Assembly (NCBI GenBank): GCA_964450895.1
Contig: CAYVGW010000001.1
Span: 9,259 to 73,258, forward strand
Length of the DNA: 64,000 nt
DNA from: an uncultured Terracidiphilus sp.
GTDB taxonomy: Bacteria > Acidobacteriota > Terriglobia > Terriglobales > Acidobacteriaceae
Direction: 5' to 3'
The notes under the pieces are model-generated. The model was given only the letters and a program-made list of their open reading frames with translations, was not told where the DNA came from and made no database searches. Of this stretch, positions 1 to 11,013 are shown one piece after another (position 1 is the stretch's first letter; every line of letters begins with the position of its first letter). The translations under genes and the position numbers were made by a program.

Positions 1-1
1 G

Positions 2-967
2 GTGAAGTACTGGGGCGTGGGCAACGAGAGCTGGGGCTGCGGCGGCAACATGCGCCCCGAGTACTACGGCGGCCTCTATCGCCAATTCGCCAGCTTCCTG
101 CACGAGATGGGCGGCACCGAGCCGTTTCTCATCGCCTCCGGCCCCTCCGGCGACGATGTGCGCTGGACCCGCGGCCTGCTGGACACCACTCTGCCGATGC
201 TGCCCGACGGCCTCAGCATGCACTACTACGAAGGCGGCGCCGCGGAGGCCACCAAGTTCGACGCAACGGCCACCGAAGAGCAGTTCAAAATCTTCAAGGG
301 CGTCGAATTCGCCATCAAGCATCAGCGCGAGGTCCTCAACGGCTATCACGAAGGCTCGCATATCGGCCTCATCCTCGACGAGTGGGGCGTCTGGGATCAG
401 ATTCCCGAAGCCGACGAGAAGCGCTACGGCAAGCTCTGGCAGCAGAGCACCCTGCGCAGCGGCGTGGCCGCCGGCCTGGGCCTGAATATGTTCAACCGTC
501 TGGCCGACAAGCTCTATATGTGCAACATCGCCCAGGTCACCAACGTCCTCCAGTCGCTGCTGATCACCGACGGCCCGGAGGGAAAGCGTTGCGTGCCCAC
601 CACCACCTACTACGCTTTCCTGCTCTTCAAGGAGCATCGCGGCAATACGGCGTTGCAAACCGAGAGCGACAACGAAGACCCGCTGGCCGTTTCCATCTCC
701 GCGACCAAGGCCGCGGGCAAGCTGGTGGTGAGCCTGGTCAACCCCCGGGACAGCGCAGAGGCTACGGCCGAGTGCGCTTTGCCCGGAGTGAAGTCCGGTA
801 AAGTCACCGCGCGCATCCTGCACAACGCCGACCGCAACGCCGCCAACACCTTCGACGCGCCGGATGCGATCACCCCCAAGCCCCACCCCGCGCGCATCGA
901 GGGCGGCAAGCTGCTGGTGGATCTGCCGCCGCTCTCGGTGGTGACGGTGGTGGTGGAGACCGTTTAA
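2..967 (+). CDS. Alpha-L-arabinofuranosidase, GH51 family (5'-truncated by window edge)
   Basis: YWGVGNESWGCGGNM (acid/base Glu), LDEWGVW (nucleophile), MCNIAQVTNVLQS and C-terminal NTFDAPDAITP / LPPLSVVTV motifs of GH51. Confidence 0.93.
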   Translation: MKYWGVGNESWGCGGNMRPEYYGGLYRQFASFLHEMGGTEPFLIASGPSGDDVRWTRGLLDTTLPMLPDGLSMHYYEGGAAEATKFDATATEEQFKIFKGVEFAIKHQREVLNGYHEGSHIGLILDEWGVWDQIPEADEKRYGKLWQQSTLRSGVAAGLGLNMFNRLADKLYMCNIAQVTNVLQSLLITDGPEGKRCVPTTTYYAFLLFKEHRGNTALQTESDNEDPLAVSISATKAAGKLVVSLVNPRDSAEATAECALPGVKSGKVTARILHNADRNAANTFDAPDAITPKPHPARIEGGKLLVDLPPLSVVTVVVETV

Positions 968-1103
968 TGGGAGGGCTTCGCAATTTGCGGAGCCTCTTGC
1001 AAAACGCTCTTTTTGATAGCGAGTAAGCGTCAGGGCTGACGATGGAGTTTTACCGCTGCCTATTCAGGCCCCTGAAAAAACTCTGTAAACGAAGGGGCTT
1101 TAC

Positions 1104-1251
1104 AGGCTGCGGAAAAACTCAATTCAGGCAGGTTTTGTAACAAGGGCACGACTTTAGTCGGGTCGAAAAACGTTGATAATAAAGGATGGGCTTCAGCCCC
1201 TGCGGGATTTTTCGAGGTATTTGCCCACATTCCGGCCTTTTTCCGCAGCCT
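1104..1251. mobile_element. MITE-like element with 14-bp terminal inverted repeats enclosing a REP-like core
   Basis: AGGCTGCGGAAAAA (1104-1117) and its exact reverse complement TTTTTCCGCAGCCT (1238-1251); internal GGCACGACTT.AGTCG...GGGCTTCAGCCCCTG recurs at 15941-16000. Confidence 0.6.
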
Positions 1252-1344
1252 TTTTCGGCCTTGGCCTTTGTCTCATTTCCATGATTTCTGCCAAACGCAA
1301 CTAGAGTAACAATCACCAGTCTTTCAAATCACGGAGGTTCATCC

Positions 1345-2937
1345 ATGCCGCTCACCGGGCAATCCTTTCTAGGCAACCAGCGCAGCGCTCTCGCCGGCGC
1401 GCCGATTCAAGCCATCAACCCCGCCACCGGCCAGCCGCTGGAGCCGGCTTACTCCTCCGCCTCGCCCGCCGAGGTGGAGCGGGCCGTCGAGCTAGCCGCC
1501 GCTGCCTTTCCGGCCTTCGCGCAGAGCTCCGGAAAAGTCAGAGGCGCATTTCTGCGCCGCATCGCTGACGGGCTGGACGCCATTCAGCCGCAACTGGCCG
1601 AGCGCGCCCATCAAGAGACGGCGCTGCCCATGCCGCGCCTGCTGGGCGAGGTAAGCCGCACCACCGGCCAGCTCCGCCTCTTCGCCTCGGTCATCGAGGA
1701 AGGCTCCTGGGTGGATGCGCGCATGGATCCCCCGCTGCCCGAACGCAAGCCGCTGCCGCGCATTGGCCTGCGTTCCATGCTGCGGCCGCTCGGCCCGGTC
1801 GCGGTCTTCGGCGCCAGCAACTTCCCGCTGGCCTTTTCCGCCGCCGGCGGAGACACCGCCTCCGCGCTGGCCGCCGGCTGCCCGGTCATCGTCAAAGCCC
1901 ACTCCGCCCATCCCGGCACCAGCGAGTTGGTGGCCACGGTCATCCAGCAAGCTGTGGCTGACGCCGGTCTGCCGGAAGGCGTCTTTTCCCTGCTCTACGG
2001 CTCCGGCGCGCTGATTGGCGCGGCGCTGGTGCAGCATCCGCGCATCCAGGCCGTCACCTTCACCGGTTCGCTGCGGGCGGGCCGCACCCTGATGAACCTG
2101 GCCGCCGCCCGCCCCCATCCGATCCCGTGCTTTACCGAGATGTCCAGCGTCAATCCCGTTTTCCTTCTGCCCGGAGCGCTGAGCGGCGGGGCGGAAGCGC
2201 TGGCGCAGAACCTCTTCAATTCCTTCACCCTCGGCGCAGGCCAATTCTGCACCAAACCGGGGATCGTCTTCGTCCCGGATCATCCGGAGAGAGCGCCCTT
2301 CCTGCAGAAGCTCTGCGAGTTGGTCGGTCAGGCGCAGCCCTACACGCTGCTCACCCCCGGCATCAGCCGCGATTACGCCCGCTCCGTCCCTGCACGCGCC
2401 AGTCAGGCCACACTCGCCGCCCAAGCGCCAGACTCGGAGTCCGCGCCCGCCTGCCCCGCGCGCGCCGCGCTTTTTACCGTCGCGCTGGACGAATTCCTCG
2501 ACGATCCCGCGCTCTCGGAAGAGATCTTCGGACCCGACACGCTGCTCGTTCTCTGCCCATCGGTCGCGGATTATCTTACAGCGGCAGAAGCGCTGGACGG
2601 CCAACTGACCGCCACGCTGCTGGGCAGCGCCGAAGACCTGGCCGCGCAGCAGCCGCTCGTCTGGCTGCTGGAGCAGAAGGCCGGACGGCTGATCTTCAAC
2701 GGCTTCCCCACCGGCGTTGAAGTCTCCCACGCCATGGTGCATGGCGGGCCTTATCCGGCGACCTCCGACTCCCGCTTCACCTCCGTCGGCAGCCAGGCCA
2801 TCTTCCGCTTCGTCCGGCCGGTCTGCTTTCAGAACTTCCCGGACGAGCAGGCGCCGGCCGAGTTGCAAGCCGCCAACCCGCTGGGAATTCCGCGTCTGGT
2901 GAACGGCATCTCCAGCAACGAGCCGCTGCCGGAATAA
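1345..2937 (+). CDS. NADP-dependent aldehyde dehydrogenase, alpha-ketoglutarate semialdehyde (2,5-dioxopentanoate) dehydrogenase type
   Basis: GPVAVFGASNFPLAFS, FTGS, EMSSVNP, GQFCTKPG (catalytic Cys), EEIFGP, NGFPTGVEV, HGGPYPATSD; GGAGG RBS. Confidence 0.92.
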   Translation: MPLTGQSFLGNQRSALAGAPIQAINPATGQPLEPAYSSASPAEVERAVELAAAAFPAFAQSSGKVRGAFLRRIADGLDAIQPQLAERAHQETALPMPRLLGEVSRTTGQLRLFASVIEEGSWVDARMDPPLPERKPLPRIGLRSMLRPLGPVAVFGASNFPLAFSAAGGDTASALAAGCPVIVKAHSAHPGTSELVATVIQQAVADAGLPEGVFSLLYGSGALIGAALVQHPRIQAVTFTGSLRAGRTLMNLAAARPHPIPCFTEMSSVNPVFLLPGALSGGAEALAQNLFNSFTLGAGQFCTKPGIVFVPDHPERAPFLQKLCELVGQAQPYTLLTPGISRDYARSVPARASQATLAAQAPDSESAPACPARAALFTVALDEFLDDPALSEEIFGPDTLLVLCPSVADYLTAAEALDGQLTATLLGSAEDLAAQQPLVWLLEQKAGRLIFNGFPTGVEVSHAMVHGGPYPATSDSRFTSVGSQAIFRFVRPVCFQNFPDEQAPAELQAANPLGIPRLVNGISSNEPLPE

Positions 2938-2968
2938 GTTTGGCTCGGCCAGATCGATGAAGAGAGAC

Positions 2969-3014
2969 GCGTGGACTGGGAGGTCCACGCGACAGCCGGC
3001 CGGGAGGCGCTACA
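2969..3014 (-). repeat. GTAG-type REP-like double hairpin (family 1), partly deleted copy
   Basis: Reverse complement reads TGTAGCGCC...CCGGCTGTCGCGTGGACCTCCCAGTCCACGC, matching copies at 18525, 20224, 21189, 22457, 52929. Confidence 0.75.
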
Positions 3015-3049
3015 GTTTGATGCTTTGCAGCCCGGCTTGCAGCGTCGAG

Positions 3050-5841
3050 TTATACCTCCAGCCGCGCAAACAGATCCTCCACCGGGCCAGGACGCCCAAA
3101 AAGATAGCCCTGAAAGAACTGGCATCCCTCGACGTCCAGAAAGCGCCTCTCTTCTTCTCGTTCCACCCCTTCCACGATCACCTCTAAATTCAATTTCTGC
3201 CCCAGGGCCAGCACGGTGGACACAATGCACGCATCGCGGCTGTCGGTCAGCATATTGCTTATGAAGCTCCGGTCGAGCTTCAATTGATCAAGAGGCAAAT
3301 CCTTCAGCGCGGAGAGCGAAGCGTAACCCGTTCCAAAATCATCCAGCGAAATCCGCACCCCGCTGGCTCGCAGCCGCCTCATCGTGGCCATGGTCTCCGG
3401 CACAGCCTCCAGGGTGATGTTCTCGGTCAGTTCCAGAATCAACCGCCGCGGATCAACGTGATAGCGTCCGATGGCGGCAAAGACTCCGGCGGCAAATTCA
3501 GCCTGGGTAAACTCGCGCGGACTCACATTGATCGAGAGGGTCAGCAATTCGGTCTCCAGACTCCGGCTCCATGCTGCCAGTTGCCGGCAAACCAGATCGA
3601 GAAGCCATCTTCCAATCGGCACCAGAAAGCCCTTCTCTTCTGCCAGATGAAGGAAAGCCGCGGGCAGCAGCAATCCACGGGTGGGATGCCGCCAGCGCAG
3701 AAGCGCCTCGGCGCCGATCAGTCTGCCCGCGCCGTCCACCTGCGGTTGATAGTGAATCAGGAAGGCATCCTCCTTCATGGCAGAGCGCAAATCCTCTTCC
3801 AGCATGGCGCGCTCCACCACCACGGCCTGCATGACGGCGCTGAAAAAACGCATTCTGTTCTTGCCGCCGCCCTTGGCCTGATACATGGCGATATCCGCCC
3901 GTTTCAGCACTTCGTCCAGCGATTGGTAATCGCTGTTGAACAGCGTTATGCCCATGCTGGCCGTGCAACTGCAGGAGCGGCCCTCCAACTGATGAGGCCG
4001 CTCCAGAACGCTTAGAATCTTCTCGCCCGCCGACGACGCTTGCAGGACCGCTTCATCCGGGTTGGTGCTTAGATTCGGCAACAGCACCACAAATTCGTCC
4101 CCTCCGAAGCGCGCCGCCGTGTCGTTGCGCCGCAAACACTCCTGCAAGCGTTCTCCCACCTGCTGCAACAGATGATCCCCCACGTCATGACCCAGCGTAT
4201 CGTTCAGGGCTTGAAGTCGTCCAGGTCTAGGAACATCAGCGCCGCATGATGGCCCGTTCGCTTCCCAGCCGTCAGCAGTTGCTTCAGGCGATTCAGCAGC
4301 AGCCTTCGATTCGGAAGTTTGGTCAGCGGATCATAAAATGCCAGAGCTTCGATCTCCGCCTCGGCGCGCTTGCGCAGGGTGATGTCGCGGGCGGCGGCGA
4401 AGATGCCCTCCACCTCGCCCGACTTGTTCTTGAGGACAGATGCGTTATACAGCACCTCAATGATCTGGCCGGAGACATTGCGAATGGCCAGCGGATAATC
4501 CCGCACACTGCCGGTTTCAAAGACCTCCCGATAGCCCTCGCGCGCCTTCTCCGGCTGGGTAAAGTAGTCGCAGAAATCGCTGCCGATCAGAACCTCGCGC
4601 GTCAGGCCGGTCACCGTCTCCGTCGCCAAGTTGACATCGGTGATCTTTCCCTCGGAGCTAATGGTCACCATCGGGTCCAAACTGGCCTCGATCAGGCTGC
4701 GCGTATAGTCGGCCACCCGATGCTCCGCCTCTTCTGCGCGCTTATGCTCCGTAATATCGCGAACAATGGTCGAGACTCCCAACAGGTTTCCCAAGCCATC
4801 CTTGATAGGGCTTACTGACAGCGAGACCTGAATGCGCGTCCCATCCTTGCGCAGCCGCTCGGTCTCGTGGTGCCGCACCGTCTCGCCCCGCTTGATCTTC
4901 CGCAAAAGCTCATGGAAGTCCTCCATGAACTCCGGCGGAATCACTTTGGTCAGCGACTGCCCCATCATCTCCGCGGCGGTGTAGCCGTAAATCTCCTCCG
5001 CTCCCGGATTCCAACTGGTCACAATCCCATCCAGCGTTTTGCCCACGATTCCATCCGAAGTCGCGGTGACAATCGACGCCAGATGGAGATTCACCTCCTC
5101 GGCCAGCTTCTCGCGCGTAATCTCCTGAATGGTGCCGGAGACAGTGCGCGGCCTTCCCTTGCCGTCGCGTTCAACTTTCGCATGAACGCGCACCCATTTG
5201 CTTTCGCCCGCGCACACAATGCGGCACTCAAAGCGGCATTCGCCTCTCTCCAGCGGCGCGTTCCAGAGAGCTTCAAGATGTTCCCGGTCCTGCCGGTCAA
5301 TGACTTCGTTAAGAAAAGCCTCTCTGGGCAGAATCTGACTTCCGATAGGTAGCTTGAAGATGCGGCGGGCTTGGTCGGACAAGACGAGGGTGTCGCCGGC
5401 GATATTCAGCTCCCAACTGCCGATCTGCCCCACGCTCAGGTGCTCGCGCAGGCGAATCAGCTCCCGATTGCGCCGCAGCAGGGCTTCGGCCAGCACGCTG
5501 AGCATGACACCCGTGCCGGTAAAGGTCGCAACTCCGATGCCTTCACCGGGATTGGGGATCCCAAAGGCGCCGATTGGTTCAAGAAAGAAATAGTCGGCGA
5601 CGATGGCTGAGAGAAGCGTGGCCACCAGTCCTGGCCAAAGGCCGGCTGAGAATGCCGTCACCGCCACGGCCAGAAAATAGGTAGGAAAAGGGAGAGAGAT
5701 AGGAAAGTAATATCCGATTCCCATGCGCAGAATTGTTGCCGCGGCCACCGCGAATGCGGCGATTCCATAGCGCGTAAGCCGGCTTTGAACTCCGGCTTGG
5801 GCAAAGAGGAAAAAGGTTCTGTCCAAAAAAACGGGGCCCAT
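3050..5841 (-). pseudogene. Membrane (DUF4118-like)-3xPAS-GGDEF-EAL c-di-GMP enzyme split by a 1-nt frameshift at about 4205-4212
   Basis: ORF 4204-5841 ends YDPLTKLPNR...FLDLDDFKP*; another frame resumes LNDTLGHDVGDHLL...RFGGDEF...EALLRW...DDFGTGY (ORF 3050-4183). Minus strand reads TTCAAGCCCTGAACGATACG, one base short of F-K-x-L-N-D-T. Could be a sequencing error. Confidence 0.85.
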
Positions 5842-6159
5842 GTGCAGCCTCTCTGGCGCCCGATTCCGTGCATCCTAATTAGCGAATGCAGCCTCCGAAT
5901 TCGCTCGGCAACGCGGCGCGGTTTGACCCAGGATCACATTTGTCTGTCAACAAAAGAGAATGAGGGTCGAACGCACTTTGGTCTGTGATTTGCAATACAT
6001 ATCGATCAAAATAAATAAGCAGGCGGCACAGTTTTCCATAGTGGGACAAAATACGAAATCAGATGTTATTGGTCCGGTTTTACTGATCTGATCACTGATC
6101 TTCGCACCAGCCATGAAGCGCATCGCGCGCAAGCATCCGCTGGCCGCACCGCAGGCGAT

Positions 6160-6903
6160 TTACCAACTGCCGCGCTCGCCGAAGATATCGATCACCTTGG
6201 CCAGCCGGGTGCAGCCGTTCACCCAGTTGGCGCTCAGCGCGCGCTCCAGCCGGTCCGGGTCGCCCTCAAGCAGCGCGGCGATAATCTCCTCATGCTCGAT
6301 CACCGAGATGTGCAGCTCATTGATGATCGAACTGGAATAGAGGCGCCAATAGCGCTCCGTCTGCGGCTCGATGGCCTGGTGCAAGGTGCTCAGGCGCGGC
6401 CCCGATCCGGCGGCCACCAGCAAGCGATGGAACTCATGGTCCAGGTCGAAGATCTCCGGGCCGTTGTAGCTTCGCTCGCGCGCAATCCGGTCCAGCTTTT
6501 CGTTGACCGGCCTCAGCTTGGCCGCCAGTTCCTCGCGCTCCCTCCGCGCCAGAGCGGCGGCGCGGCGTCCGGCCAGCCCCTCGATGCGCCCGATGATCGG
6601 ATACAGTTCGTTGGCGTCTTCCTTGGTCAGCGGCGCAACAATCATGCGCGCCTTGCTGGAGTTGCGATGCTCGATGACGTAGCCCTCGCGCTGCAAGAGG
6701 TAGAGCGCGCCGCGCACCGGCGTCCGGCTCATATTCAGGTGTTCGCACAGATCGCCCTCGACGATCCACGTCCCCGGCGCCAGCTTGCCATGCACAATCA
6801 GGTCGCGAATCTGCTGAAAAGCCGTGTCGACACTGGTCCCATGCTCGGCCTTGACGGACTTCTTCTTGGAAACCTTGGCTGTCTTTTCTGTGGTCGAAAC
6901 CAT
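6160..6903 (-). CDS. GntR/FadR family transcriptional regulator (wHTH + FCD)
   Basis: IRDLIVHGKLAPG...LCEHLNMSRTPVRGAL wHTH; DHEFHRLL and EHEEIIAAL FCD motifs; GGAG RBS. Confidence 0.93.
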   Translation of the reverse strand: MVSTTEKTAKVSKKKSVKAEHGTSVDTAFQQIRDLIVHGKLAPGTWIVEGDLCEHLNMSRTPVRGALYLLQREGYVIEHRNSSKARMIVAPLTKEDANELYPIIGRIEGLAGRRAAALARREREELAAKLRPVNEKLDRIARERSYNGPEIFDLDHEFHRLLVAAGSGPRLSTLHQAIEPQTERYWRLYSSSIINELHISVIEHEEIIAALLEGDPDRLERALSANWVNGCTRLAKVIDIFGERGSW

Positions 6904-7000
6904 GCGCGTTCATTCTCCAGCCGTGCCCCTCGCGAATCTATGCAAAAACTCCGAGATACCGCGGCTCTTGGTCAATTCTAACAATAATTCAGCTCTTTGA

Positions 7001-7020
7001 ATGCAATTCTGAATACATAT
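7001..7020. promoter_or_regulatory. Candidate GntR operator upstream of gntR
   Basis: Reverse complement ATATGTATTCAGAATTGCAT matches the 15718-15737 site at 16/20. Confidence 0.6.
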
Positions 7021-7051
7021 TTCACGCTAGAATTTCGATGACGATCTATCG

Positions 7052-7087
7052 AAAAAATGCCGCGTTCCAAAACTCTGGAACGCGGCA
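7052..7087 (-). terminator. Rho-independent terminator after TBDR 1
   Basis: 12-bp stem TGCCGCGTTCCA/TGGAACGCGGCA with A6 on the + strand (U-tract on - strand). Confidence 0.8.
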
Positions 7088-7119
7088 GCTCTTTGGGAGC
7101 GGTTCGTATTGTGTTGGGT

Positions 7120-10100
7120 TTAGAAATCGAAGTTGCCGCGCCACACGATGCCGCGTGCGCCGCCGGCGGCGGTTGTAACTCCGAATCCATTGCCCATGGC
7201 GCCAGCATAGGCTCCTGGTTGATAACTGTTCAGGTTGGACGGCGCTCCAAGGCCCGTGCCCCAGGTCGTATGGTTGAATACGTCATAGATGGCAGCCTGC
7301 AAGGTGAACTTGACTCCCCACTTGATGGGCACCATCTTGCTGACCGACATGTCGGAAGTGAAGGCATGAGGGCCCCACAGCCAAGGACGAAGCCCAATGG
7401 TTCCGGGCGTTGTGTTTGGGGTGATATAGGTTGAGCCGGCAGCTGTGTACTTGGGGTTGATGAAGTAGCTGCCTCCATAGGGAGCCGTGTTCCAAATTCC
7501 AATCGACTTGCGCAACTGCTTCAGCGTCACATTGTTCAGATTGACGCCGCCGTCCGTGTAGTCGTTGAAGGTGTGGTTGCCGCCGGTCAGCATGAAGGGC
7601 TGGCCTGTTTGCATTTTGGAAATCGTGCCTACGTTCCAGCCGCCTACCAGCCGATCCACAAAGGCATTGGCGTTGCCCAGGAGCAATTTTCCACGGCCGA
7701 TGGGCAGGTCATAGGTTCCATAGAGGTTGAAGATCTGGCGCACGTCCGTGTCGGTCGGGCTATAGCTGAGGTGCATATTGCGCAGCGTTACGGGCAAGAA
7801 ATAGCTGCTATCCCCGCCGGTGACCGCGCGAATGCCGCTGTTCTTTGAAAACGTGTAATTGGCGTTGAAGTTGGCGCCATGGAAGTTCTTCTGGCGAAAC
7901 TCCACTTGCACGGAGTGATAGTCAGAGATTCCCTGCGAGACCAGTACATTGGCTTGGATGCCGGGGGCATACGGGTTGGCCTGGAAGATATTCATGGGAT
8001 ACGGACCGTTGCCGCCGCCGGTGATACCGGCATTGTTTTGGCAAGGCGCGGACATTCCGCTTGCCAGGTTGCAGAAGTAACCCGCGTTCAAGCCGGCAAG
8101 CTGGGCAGCGAAATCGCCGACCTTGCCGTTCTGCAGGAAATAGATCAGTTGACCATTGTAAAATTGGCTGGCATCCCCGCCGAAGGCCGCCGTCATGATC
8201 GGCATTGTGGTGGCCGAGTTGGATGCCTCGAAGCCGCCGTCTGTATTGGCCGCAAGGTTGGCCTGCGCCTGCTGGAACTCTTTCAGGAAGCCGTTCTCGA
8301 AGACGTTCACTTCGTTGGCGTCGATCGGCAGCCATTCATGCACACCTTTGTTGCCGACGTAACGCACTTCAAGAGCATTGCCCTTGCCCAGTTCCCGCTG
8401 AATCCCCAGGTTCCACGACTGAATGTAAGGTTGCTTGATGTTTCCATCAATGGCATAGTCCTGCGCATAATCGAATGCCAGAGACGATTCGGTGTAGCTG
8501 GGCTGCACCTTGCTAACATCCGTAAAGAACACGGAATCGGGAATGACAGGACTATTCGTACCATCATTCTTCACACTGTCAAAAGCATAGGCTCCGGGAG
8601 CGAAAGTGCCCGCGGGCTGAACGCCTCCGACCGGTTGCACGGACGCTGCGTTGATGTTGTTGGAGATGCCCACGCCGCTGCCCTTCACGTAGTCATAAAA
8701 GTCCTGTTCTGCCATGGTGTAGTTGCGCAGAGCATATCCGGCGCGGATCACCGTTGCCGATCCTCCCAGCAACTTGCCCAGAAGTCCGTCCTTGACGGTG
8801 GGATTCCATGCCACGGCGAATGAGGGCTGCGGACTGACGTACCAGGGCGAATAGGCATGTACTCTTGGGGTGAAAGAGGGATCTGAATTGACGGCCTTGA
8901 ACGAGCCGGGATTGAACTGGTTCATATAACCGGACGGTCCCCAGACATCGGCCATGCTGAGCGTGTAGTAGTTGCCGGCTTTGTCATAATCGTCGCCGGT
9001 GAAATCCCAGCGCATGCCATAGTTGAGGGTGAGAGACGGAGTAACGCGCCAACTGTCCTGGCCCCAGAATCCGAATGCTCCCTGAATTTCATTCCACACC
9101 GGGCGTCCGGGGACGAAGGTGCCGGTGGCCGGATCCATCACATTACTGTGATACTCATCGGAGAGGCGGCCTGACCACATCGCGTAATAGGCCTGGGCAT
9201 TATTTTGATCATTGCTGTTCGAGTCGGGCATAGTGGTTCCAGAAAAAGCGTTGATCGCTGGATCGCCGCCTCCCATGCCCATGTCGATGTACTTCCATCC
9301 CTGCGGATTATTCCAATAGTGATCTTGCTCGCGATACCAGCTTCCTCCCGCGTTCACGTTATGCTTGCCGTGCTGCCAGACAAGGTTGTCTGACATGCTG
9401 CCCTGCGGATAAAAGAAGTTGATACTGCCGGCGTGCTGGTAAGCGCTGCCCGTGATACCTTCCGGAGCGTCCCACTCGACCAGATTTTCCTGGGTAATCG
9501 AGTCGCCCAACACCGGCTTGACGCCGCTGTAGTAATACAGATAACCGCCGTGCAACTGGTTAATGAGATGAGGATTGATGGAATAATCCACGCCCAGGGA
9601 AGCGGTGTAGCTCTTCGAGAAGGTATTTTCGGCTGAATCCAAAGTCCCAGGGTAGCGCTGGCCGCCGTCATTGGGTTTTTGGAAGTTGGTTTCATTGAAA
9701 GCCAAGTTGACGCGCAGATTTTGCGTGGCATTGTAGTCAACACGAAAGGTCGGATAGTAGGTTGTGCTGTTCGTTGGCACGGCGAAGCCTACGTTCGTAA
9801 TGTTAGCCGGATCAGACGTGTTGGGGATGATTGTCGCGTTGGAGTCAGTGGCGATATCCTGGTTGATCACCGCCATTTCGTGGGCCATGCCTGTATTCGG
9901 CTGATACCATATCGAACTTCCCAGGTCCACGGTCTTTGCCAGGGTGAAAAGATTGTATGGGGTTCCCGCCGCGTCCGTGAAGATGCCATTCTGCAGGTTC
10001 TTGCTCGGGATAAGAGAGGTTTTCGTCGTGCTGCCTGGGGTCGTTAGGCGCGTGAAGCTGGCGAAGAAGAATAGCTTGTCTTTGTACCTGGGAATGGGAA

Positions 10101-11013
10101 TCGGGCCGCCGACGCTCGGTCCCCACACAAAGGTGTGGTTTTCTGAACTGGAGCGTACCTGCGCGGCTGTGGTATAGCCTTGGGCAATGGCCCAATCAGC
10201 CCAGTACCCGAATGCCTGAAAGTAAGAGTTGGTCAGGTCGCCATAGACGCGTCCGTGGTACTTGTCGCCGCCGCGGCGGGTGGTGTAACCGGCCTGCATG
10301 TTGGCTTGTCCATAACCTTGGTTCAAATCCAACTGATCGGTCTGCACCACGACTTCATCGATGTTCTCCGTGCGCGCCATTACGACGGGAACGGAATTGC
10401 CGCCATCCTTCATGCGGCCTGGACTCGACACAACGCCATCGATGGTGTTGGTTTCAGCGGCTCCCCGCATGCCATTGTAGATGCCGTCAGAAGCGCCAGA
10501 TACGAGACCGACCAGCTCGCTGGCATCACGATTGGCGATGGGCAAATCGTCAATCGACTTTGTATCGAAGTTGCTGCCAATGGCATTGGCTGAGGTTTCC
10601 AACACCGGAGAGGCTTCAGCCACCACTTCGACATTGAAGGAGGTGGCGCCTACCTTGAGCTTTACGCTCAAGTCCGTGGTGCGGGCGGATTCCACCACAA
10701 CGCTCTCGTACTTCTGGGTAGCAAATCCAGTCTTCTCCACGGTCAGCGTGTAGGTGCCGCTCAGCAGGCCGGAAAACGTGTAGAGGCCGCTCTCCAGCGT
10801 GCTCCCGGTGCGCGCGTCCTTCGTCTTCACATCGACGAGCGTCAGTTTGGCCCCCGGCACCAACCCGCCGGTGGGATCTGCAACGGTGACCACGATGGTT
10901 CCACGGGTGCCCCCCTGCGCCCATAGGCTTCCGGCTGACTGGGAAATCAACAGCAGCCCCACAATCAAGCCCATCCAACAGCTTGATAAACGGTAAAATC
11001 TTTGCGTCTTCAT
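7120..11013 (-). CDS. TonB-dependent receptor, Oar-like with N-terminal carboxypeptidase-regulatory-like domain
   Basis: Signal peptide, GTIVVTVADPTG...YTFSGL..GTYTLTVEKTGF, QDSWRVTPSLTLNYGMRWD, SWNLGIQRE, C-terminal Phe; start set at MKTQRF after GGAGGAG. Confidence 0.9.
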   Translation of the reverse strand: MKTQRFYRLSSCWMGLIVGLLLISQSAGSLWAQGGTRGTIVVTVADPTGGLVPGAKLTLVDVKTKDARTGSTLESGLYTFSGLLSGTYTLTVEKTGFATQKYESVVVESARTTDLSVKLKVGATSFNVEVVAEASPVLETSANAIGSNFDTKSIDDLPIANRDASELVGLVSGASDGIYNGMRGAAETNTIDGVVSSPGRMKDGGNSVPVVMARTENIDEVVVQTDQLDLNQGYGQANMQAGYTTRRGGDKYHGRVYGDLTNSYFQAFGYWADWAIAQGYTTAAQVRSSSENHTFVWGPSVGGPIPIPRYKDKLFFFASFTRLTTPGSTTKTSLIPSKNLQNGIFTDAAGTPYNLFTLAKTVDLGSSIWYQPNTGMAHEMAVINQDIATDSNATIIPNTSDPANITNVGFAVPTNSTTYYPTFRVDYNATQNLRVNLAFNETNFQKPNDGGQRYPGTLDSAENTFSKSYTASLGVDYSINPHLINQLHGGYLYYYSGVKPVLGDSITQENLVEWDAPEGITGSAYQHAGSINFFYPQGSMSDNLVWQHGKHNVNAGGSWYREQDHYWNNPQGWKYIDMGMGGGDPAINAFSGTTMPDSNSNDQNNAQAYYAMWSGRLSDEYHSNVMDPATGTFVPGRPVWNEIQGAFGFWGQDSWRVTPSLTLNYGMRWDFTGDDYDKAGNYYTLSMADVWGPSGYMNQFNPGSFKAVNSDPSFTPRVHAYSPWYVSPQPSFAVAWNPTVKDGLLGKLLGGSATVIRAGYALRNYTMAEQDFYDYVKGSGVGISNNINAASVQPVGGVQPAGTFAPGAYAFDSVKNDGTNSPVIPDSVFFTDVSKVQPSYTESSLAFDYAQDYAIDGNIKQPYIQSWNLGIQRELGKGNALEVRYVGNKGVHEWLPIDANEVNVFENGFLKEFQQAQANLAANTDGGFEASNSATTMPIMTAAFGGDASQFYNGQLIYFLQNGKVGDFAAQLAGLNAGYFCNLASGMSAPCQNNAGITGGGNGPYPMNIFQANPYAPGIQANVLVSQGISDYHSVQVEFRQKNFHGANFNANYTFSKNSGIRAVTGGDSSYFLPVTLRNMHLSYSPTDTDVRQIFNLYGTYDLPIGRGKLLLGNANAFVDRLVGGWNVGTISKMQTGQPFMLTGGNHTFNDYTDGGVNLNNVTLKQLRKSIGIWNTAPYGGSYFINPKYTAAGSTYITPNTTPGTIGLRPWLWGPHAFTSDMSVSKMVPIKWGVKFTLQAAIYDVFNHTTWGTGLGAPSNLNSYQPGAYAGAMGNGFGVTTAAGGARGIVWRGNFDF

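Noticed and set aside
4195..4225. Programmed -1 frameshift in the GGDEF gene
   Set aside because: No X-XXY-YYZ slippery site or evident stimulatory structure
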